64,000 nt of DNA from Botryllus schlosseri (lineage: Eukaryota): positions 12,772,001 through 12,836,000 of the forward strand of contig CM119385.1 of NCBI GenBank assembly GCA_051294905.1. Reading direction: 5' to 3'. A program made the position numbers and the translations under genes. Below are positions 58,574 to 64,000 of this stretch, piece after piece. Numbering within the stretch: the first letter of the stretch is position 1; every line of letters starts with the position of its first letter. Under the pieces are notes generated by a model. The model was not told the origin of the DNA and searched no databases. It worked only from the letters and a program-made list of their open reading frames with translations.

Positions 58574-61500
58574 CTATTGAACAGTAGATGCAAGTTTAGC
58601 TGGTCATTGAAGCAGTAAGATAAGGGTTACAGTTCTTAAGTAGTTCAGTGACTCAGTGACGATCAAGCCCTCCGCGTAAACCGTATACTATTCCACAGAG
58701 CGATATTCGCCGTGATATCGAAATAGTGTAGGTCTACTTATTGAATTTGCTGATGTTCGCAGCAATTTCCTGATAGCTGCATATAGCATATCCGCTGCAA
58801 CCAGTGTATAGTGAGTGCTGAGTAGCGATGCGGAGGTAATCGTAGTCACGATTATGTAGGAATGCGATAAGGCAGCAATGGTACGAATTACAGCCTGACA
58901 GCAAGCGTAAAGCAATTTCACAACGAACGTGGATGCATAATAATCTGAACTACGCAGATGTAGGCCTACTTGGTATCCATACCCGAGAGAGGTTCAATCA
59001 TTTTGCAGCATATGCGGGATGTGAGGTGATGTAATAGCATTACAATGAAACGTGGTGATAATATAAGAAACATTTTGTTACGGAGAATGCCAGAATGTGG
59101 AATACACGGTGCCAGGGGTCTCAAACTGAAATTGGCCCACGGGACAATTTCCTACTAGTTTTTGATGCAGAGGGCCCCAGCATCAATGAGAGTGTTCAAT
59201 TCAATGTCTATCCAAGTAGGCTATAACGGGATGAAATTGTTCGACTGAAAGCGAGCCAACTTTGCAGAGTGACATTCCACAGTCCACACATATCGTGTAA
59301 ATCTCCGTAGGCAAGTAATCTATACTTATAGTTCGACATCGATCATTCAGCTGTCATTCCAAAAACTCCTTCCGCGCTCGTTTCATTCGCTTCACCGCGT
59401 GTTTCTCAGGACGCGAGAACAGCGAACAGCCGTGAGCCGTTTCTCAGTTGAGCAGCCTACTACACTGTCAATTTGAGATCCCAGAATCGCGAAATTATCC
59501 GCTTGAGGCATCACAAAGGAGAGCTTTCAGCGCATGGCCGCGAAAAAAGCTAGGCGCTATAGAGAAAATTTCTCTTTTTTTCCGCTTTGCGTAAGTTCTG
59601 TGTTGCCCGTCTCGCTCTTTTGCGATTCAACGTGCTGGGAACATGACAGGAACTGATTGTGCTGCAGATTCCAAAACTTTCTTGGTGAGTAACGGTGTTG
59701 CATCGCGCCATATCAAGAAATTGGAAGGTAGGTAAATAGCTTCAGCATTAATGTACCCTGTTATATAGATATCTGATATAAAGTACGATCCTAATCTGTA
59801 TATAGCTCACGCATAGCTTAAGCAATATGCCAGGCTGTTATAACAGCTATAGCTACAGCTCTCCGCTTTGAACTTGTAACATTGCGTAACTAGCGATTAG
59901 GGCTGGGCACAATGCTTATAGATCGCGGATTTTGAATGAGTATCAATTAACTCTTTCGACGCCGCGTATCCCCATATGTTCGCTAGAGATTGTCTTCAAA
60001 ACGCCGCGTATCCCCATATGTTCGCTAAATCGAGAGAGCGTATTTTTGTCTCGAAAATCTGACATGCCGTTTTGCGTCCATGGCAGTCGGACATTGTGCG
60101 GTAATGAATTCACAATTCAAGACTTGCTACTAAGAAACAATTTTGCTGGATTACCTGTTCGGAATAGTAACTTTATTTGATATATATTTCCACGACGGTA
60201 ATGATTTTCAACAGATGCCAATACCTAAAGACATTTTACATCATTATCACCAATCTTTAGCGACACATCGTGCGTTAAGTTGATATACGGATCTACTGAA
60301 GCCACCAAGTCAGTACATGTACTGCGACAACACAGACTTCACACCAATATATACGTATTTATTCATGTTTTTCAAACGTTAAATTGCATCGGGAGATGAC
60401 GAGGACTCAACGGAGACAAATAATGATGTTTTTGTGCAGATCGTTGCTCGTAATCGTACACAAATGGGCTCCGTCGGTATGTTACTGCGCCTGAAAAACA
60501 AACTCGAGTACCGGTACTAGCAAAAGTCAAATTTTCGAGCCATTATTGCGGATTTGACGTCACAATGATAACCTTGAAGCATTGACGGCCGAAGATCATG
60601 TCGGCAGCAGTATTTCACGACGGTTCTGAACCTCCGCATTGCCATTGAAAAGGAATTAACGATTTGAGGATAATATAATATCAATATATAATATAATAAG
60701 AATATTCTGTGAAATTTACAACGTCACAGCTAATCTATAAGTACCATAGAAACACCAACAAAATCCATACCTTGGCAGCAGCGCGCCTGAAATCAGCCAA
60801 ACTTCAGTTCGTACCGAAGCCTGTCCTAGCAACACGACAGGATCAATTGAGGCACGTTACGCATCATTAGATAGATATCGTTCGCGGCTACAATACGGAC
60901 GTAGGTACGTCTCGGTAACTAAGGTAGCGACGAAGTTACGATCGGTTGAAATTAGGGTTATTTGGTGAAAATAGCGGCGTTTTGAAGACGATCGTCAAAT
61001 TTAGCTCGGCGTCTAAAGAGTTGAACTGATTCAAGTGTATAGTGGTAAAAGACGATATTTCGAAGTATGAGACGCTATTTCGCCATGAGTATCAATTTTT
61101 CAACGGGAATTGAAGTTGTGATAATCATTTCTACTGTGTTAGCATTGATTGGCCGTATTGCAGAGTACCAAACACAGTAAAAAGCTTTGAATCTTGTCAA
61201 TTTACATTCTGTTGTGTTGTCATAATGCGTGGTCCTAGAATACTCAACTTGAAGCATGAGTCGTGATCCATATGCACTATGGCACTCGATTTCGCCCAGC
61301 CCTACTAGCGTTGGTAATCTACACAATTTAGTGAGCAGTTGTGATCGATGCATCTTGTACGGGGTTAAATCGTGTTACGAATTGTGATCTAGAATGTTTT
61401 TCTTTTCATTTTGTCTAGAAATAATTATATTAGAGTGTCGTAAATGTCAAATGAAAAATCATGTTGGCTGTGCCCATTTCGTTGGGAGTTCAGATCGGAT

Positions 61501-62004
61501 TACAAAACATTTCTTGTAACGTCGCAAGGACCATCCAAGTCTGATTTATACATGCAAGCTTGTGATAAAGACTTTTGGCAAATATTCACCATTGGTGTGA
61601 CGCGCCATCTGTTGTCTGCAAGAAGTAAGAAGCTAATCAACTGAAATGTGATCATGCAACTAAGTCTTGTTGTTTCAGTTGTGGAAAAAGTTGTCAACAA
61701 ATCAAGGTCGAAACGATATAGCCGATGAATCAGCCTCGATTGCTGAATCGGATACCACCTTGCCGGGAGAAGCGTCGGTTGATGAGGATTTAGATACCAC
61801 CATGCCGGTAGAGCCGTCAGTCAATGACGATTTAGATACCACCGTGCCCGTAGAGCCGTCAGTCCGTTGTGATTTAGCTTCTTCAGAAGCAGCTATGCCA
61901 GTAAGTATTTGATAAAATTTTGCAATGAATTTAGCTAACCTGTCTGCCTCAGCAGTCCATACTTTCTCGAAGACGACAACTCGACAGATCTCCTTATTCT
62001 AGTA

Positions 62005-62650
62005 CAGTGGTTCTTCAGTTCTTGAAGAATGGGTCGCGACCTATGTTTGGGTGTAATTTTGTGGCGCGACGGTACCGGAGCGGTCTTTTAATATGTATGT
62101 AATATTATATGAGGTCATTGCAACAACAAAAATATCTTCGCTTTTCGCGCGATTTACTGTAGTTAGTTTGAGCATATCAGAGGTCACTTGAGTTTGGTAC
62201 CACGGCCAATAAGCGAGACACGCGGAGAAGTCGCCACCACAACATGACTTGAACATTAAAATGTGCCGACCTTTGTATTAAACAAATTGATTTCAAATTT
62301 GATTTCATGATGAGATTTTTTTCAACATTAGTTTCTCTGGAAAACACCGTCAGAGACCTGGGACGCTTTAGTGTAGAGTTGTACAACGAGCGGTTGCCGG
62401 TTTATGAGGCCAAAACCCGTCCACGCTTGGACACATGAATATATGGCGTTGGGCCAACATATGGCTGGGCAAAGTGCGGTGCCAAAAAGTTCGGTGGCGA
62501 TAATTGACCGTCGTTACATGGCCAAACCATTCGTTATTGATATAATTATTCGGCACCCAAATGCATTGATTTTAGTGTGTGTTGCTTGGGTCGCGAGATA
62601 CCACTAAAAGTCAGATTTGAGTCGCGGTCTAAAAAGTATTAGAACCACTG
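62005..62650. mobile_element. hAT MITE in an intron of the SAMD3-like pseudogene
   Basis: CAGTGGTTCT ... AGAACCACTG; approximate TSD TTCTAGTA / (T)ATCTAGTA. Confidence 0.7.
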
Positions 62651-63122
62651 TATCTAGTAGGACACCAACTCATATTTTCATCAATTAACAGCCACCATGC
62701 AGTATCAAGCACCTCGATCCTCCGATGCCCTTGCCGGAATTCAGTGTGAAAGTTGAACTAGCGCTGAAGCAACGTACAGCTTATGAAGTCTTCAACCTCG
62801 TAGTGGAGCAGTGTGTAAATCACATCCTGAACAATATTGACATGACCAATAAGTCATCGTATCGAAAGTTTTGGGAAGGCACTTGTGGAAAAGTATCCGT
62901 GCTTAGGATCTACCTTACAGAACCCCCCCTGGGTAAAGTAAACTGGTCTCATTGGTCTAAATTCATTTGTACTGATCATCTCATTTTTTTCTAGAAAAAT
63001 ATCAACACGAAACTGTCTCAGAAATTGAGAGCGCTCAGACTTCTAGACAACGTCCTGCTTCCTTTAAAAACGCTTCTGTGTCAGCAGTGTCTGGTAAATT
63101 ACTAAATAGTACGTAATGTCTG

Positions 63123-63402
63123 TATAGAAGTACATAGTTTGTACTGTGAGTATATAGAAGTAGTCGTGTGACGTGCGCCGGTTTAATTACAACGTAGTTT
63201 GTACTGTGAGTATATAGAAGTAGTCCGGTGATTTGCGCCAGTTTAATTACAACGTAGTTTGTACTGTGAGTATATAGAAGTAGTCCGGTGATTTGCGCCA
63301 GTTTAATTACAACGTAGTTTGTACTGTGATTATATAGAAGTAGTCCGGTGACGTGCGCCGGTTCAATTACAGCGTAGTTTGTACTGTGGGAATAGAAGTA
63401 GA
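63123..63402. repeat. 60-bp minisatellite, ~4.7 copies
   Basis: Unit GTAGTTTGTACTGTGAGTATATAGAAGTAGTCCGGTGATTTGCGCCAGTTTAATTACAAC, read directly. Confidence 0.95.
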
Positions 63403-64000
63403 CCTGCATTGTTCATGGGCATAAGAGCGTTGTGGGTAGGAAATTAGACCATACCCTGTTTGCGGTAGCACCAAGCCATCTGAGTATTGTGTCCCTACTA
63501 ATATTTACACATTCAGGTGGATTCAAGTTGACTGTTGAAGAAGCGACTCGTCAGCTGCAAAAGGAATTCGACAACGAGGACTGCAACTGGCAGAAAATCG
63601 TGACTCTTTTCGAACAATTGCACGGACACCGGCGTGCTCAGCTAACGAAGAAAGGGATCCCTCAATGAAATTCTGCAAACGTTCCCTTCCTTGGGTGATA
63701 TCAGACTGGTGGGTGAACGCATGTATGATTTATCATTAGGCCTCTGCGATATCGAGTGGGGGTCAGTGTATTGACTCTGAATTGAGTATTAGGGTCGAGA
63801 CTAGTATTCCTGTATCACTCATTCTGATGTCACCAACATGAATGATGTGGGGTAGGAATTATGTACCTTTTATACGGCCACAAAGAATAAAGTGCCCGTT
63901 CTTAATATAATACTCCAAAAACTCATATTTTTACAGGTCAGGAAAGATTTCTGGAAGTTGATCGCACCAATTGATGAGATGAGAACTAATTACACAAATG

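Larger units (their letters stand above)
61419..64000 (+). pseudogene. Spliced, frameshifted SAMD3-like (transposon-associated) gene with a PHD-like fragment and 14-aa acidic repeats; runs off the window
   Basis: Exon-like blocks 61419- (CRKCQMKNHVGC), 61679-61900 (DTTxPxExSV..DL x3), 62692-62932 (Y..F/fs/GKALVEKYPCL...W), 62995-63093 (KNINTKLSQKLRALR), 63517-63708 (LQKEF...RRAQL/fs/LNEILQTFPSL) and 63937-end, with GT-AG sites and at least three frameshifts. Confidence 0.6.

Noticed and set aside
63035-63409. 124-aa ORF with 20-aa repeats
   Set aside because: A by-product of the 60-bp minisatellite (unit length divisible by 3), lying antisense in an intron of the SAMD3-like pseudogene.

Overview
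Eukaryotic, intron-rich, repeat-dense animal genomic DNA; probably a marine invertebrate, but the species cannot be determined from the sequence. Two conserved multi-exon genes lie on the + strand and both were reconstructed with continuous reading frames: the PKA type I regulatory subunit (8 coding exons, 6413-13450, 375 aa) and IFT56/TTC26 (16 coding exons, 17046-46393, 554 aa). The standout observation is a diverged but intact tandem duplicate of IFT56 exon 6 (21856-22007); its splice phases mean only one of the two copies can be included in frame. Two small orphan membrane-protein genes were assembled by hand: a PPxY-motif single-pass protein antisense inside IFT56 intron 9, and a signal peptide + Ig-like + TM protein at 48.8-51.3 kb. 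Much of the remaining sequence is mobile DNA, many insertions with readable target-site duplications (TSDs): hAT MITEs (some nested), Mutator/Foldback-like elements with tandem-repeat arms, a CACTA MITE, a THAP + C2H2 two-gene transposon relic, a SAMD3-like pseudogene, tRNA-derived SINEs, LINE 3' fragments, and 22-40 bp perfect palindromes flanked by direct repeats. All coordinates and alignments were read by hand; no database searches were run, so family names rest on recalled motifs.
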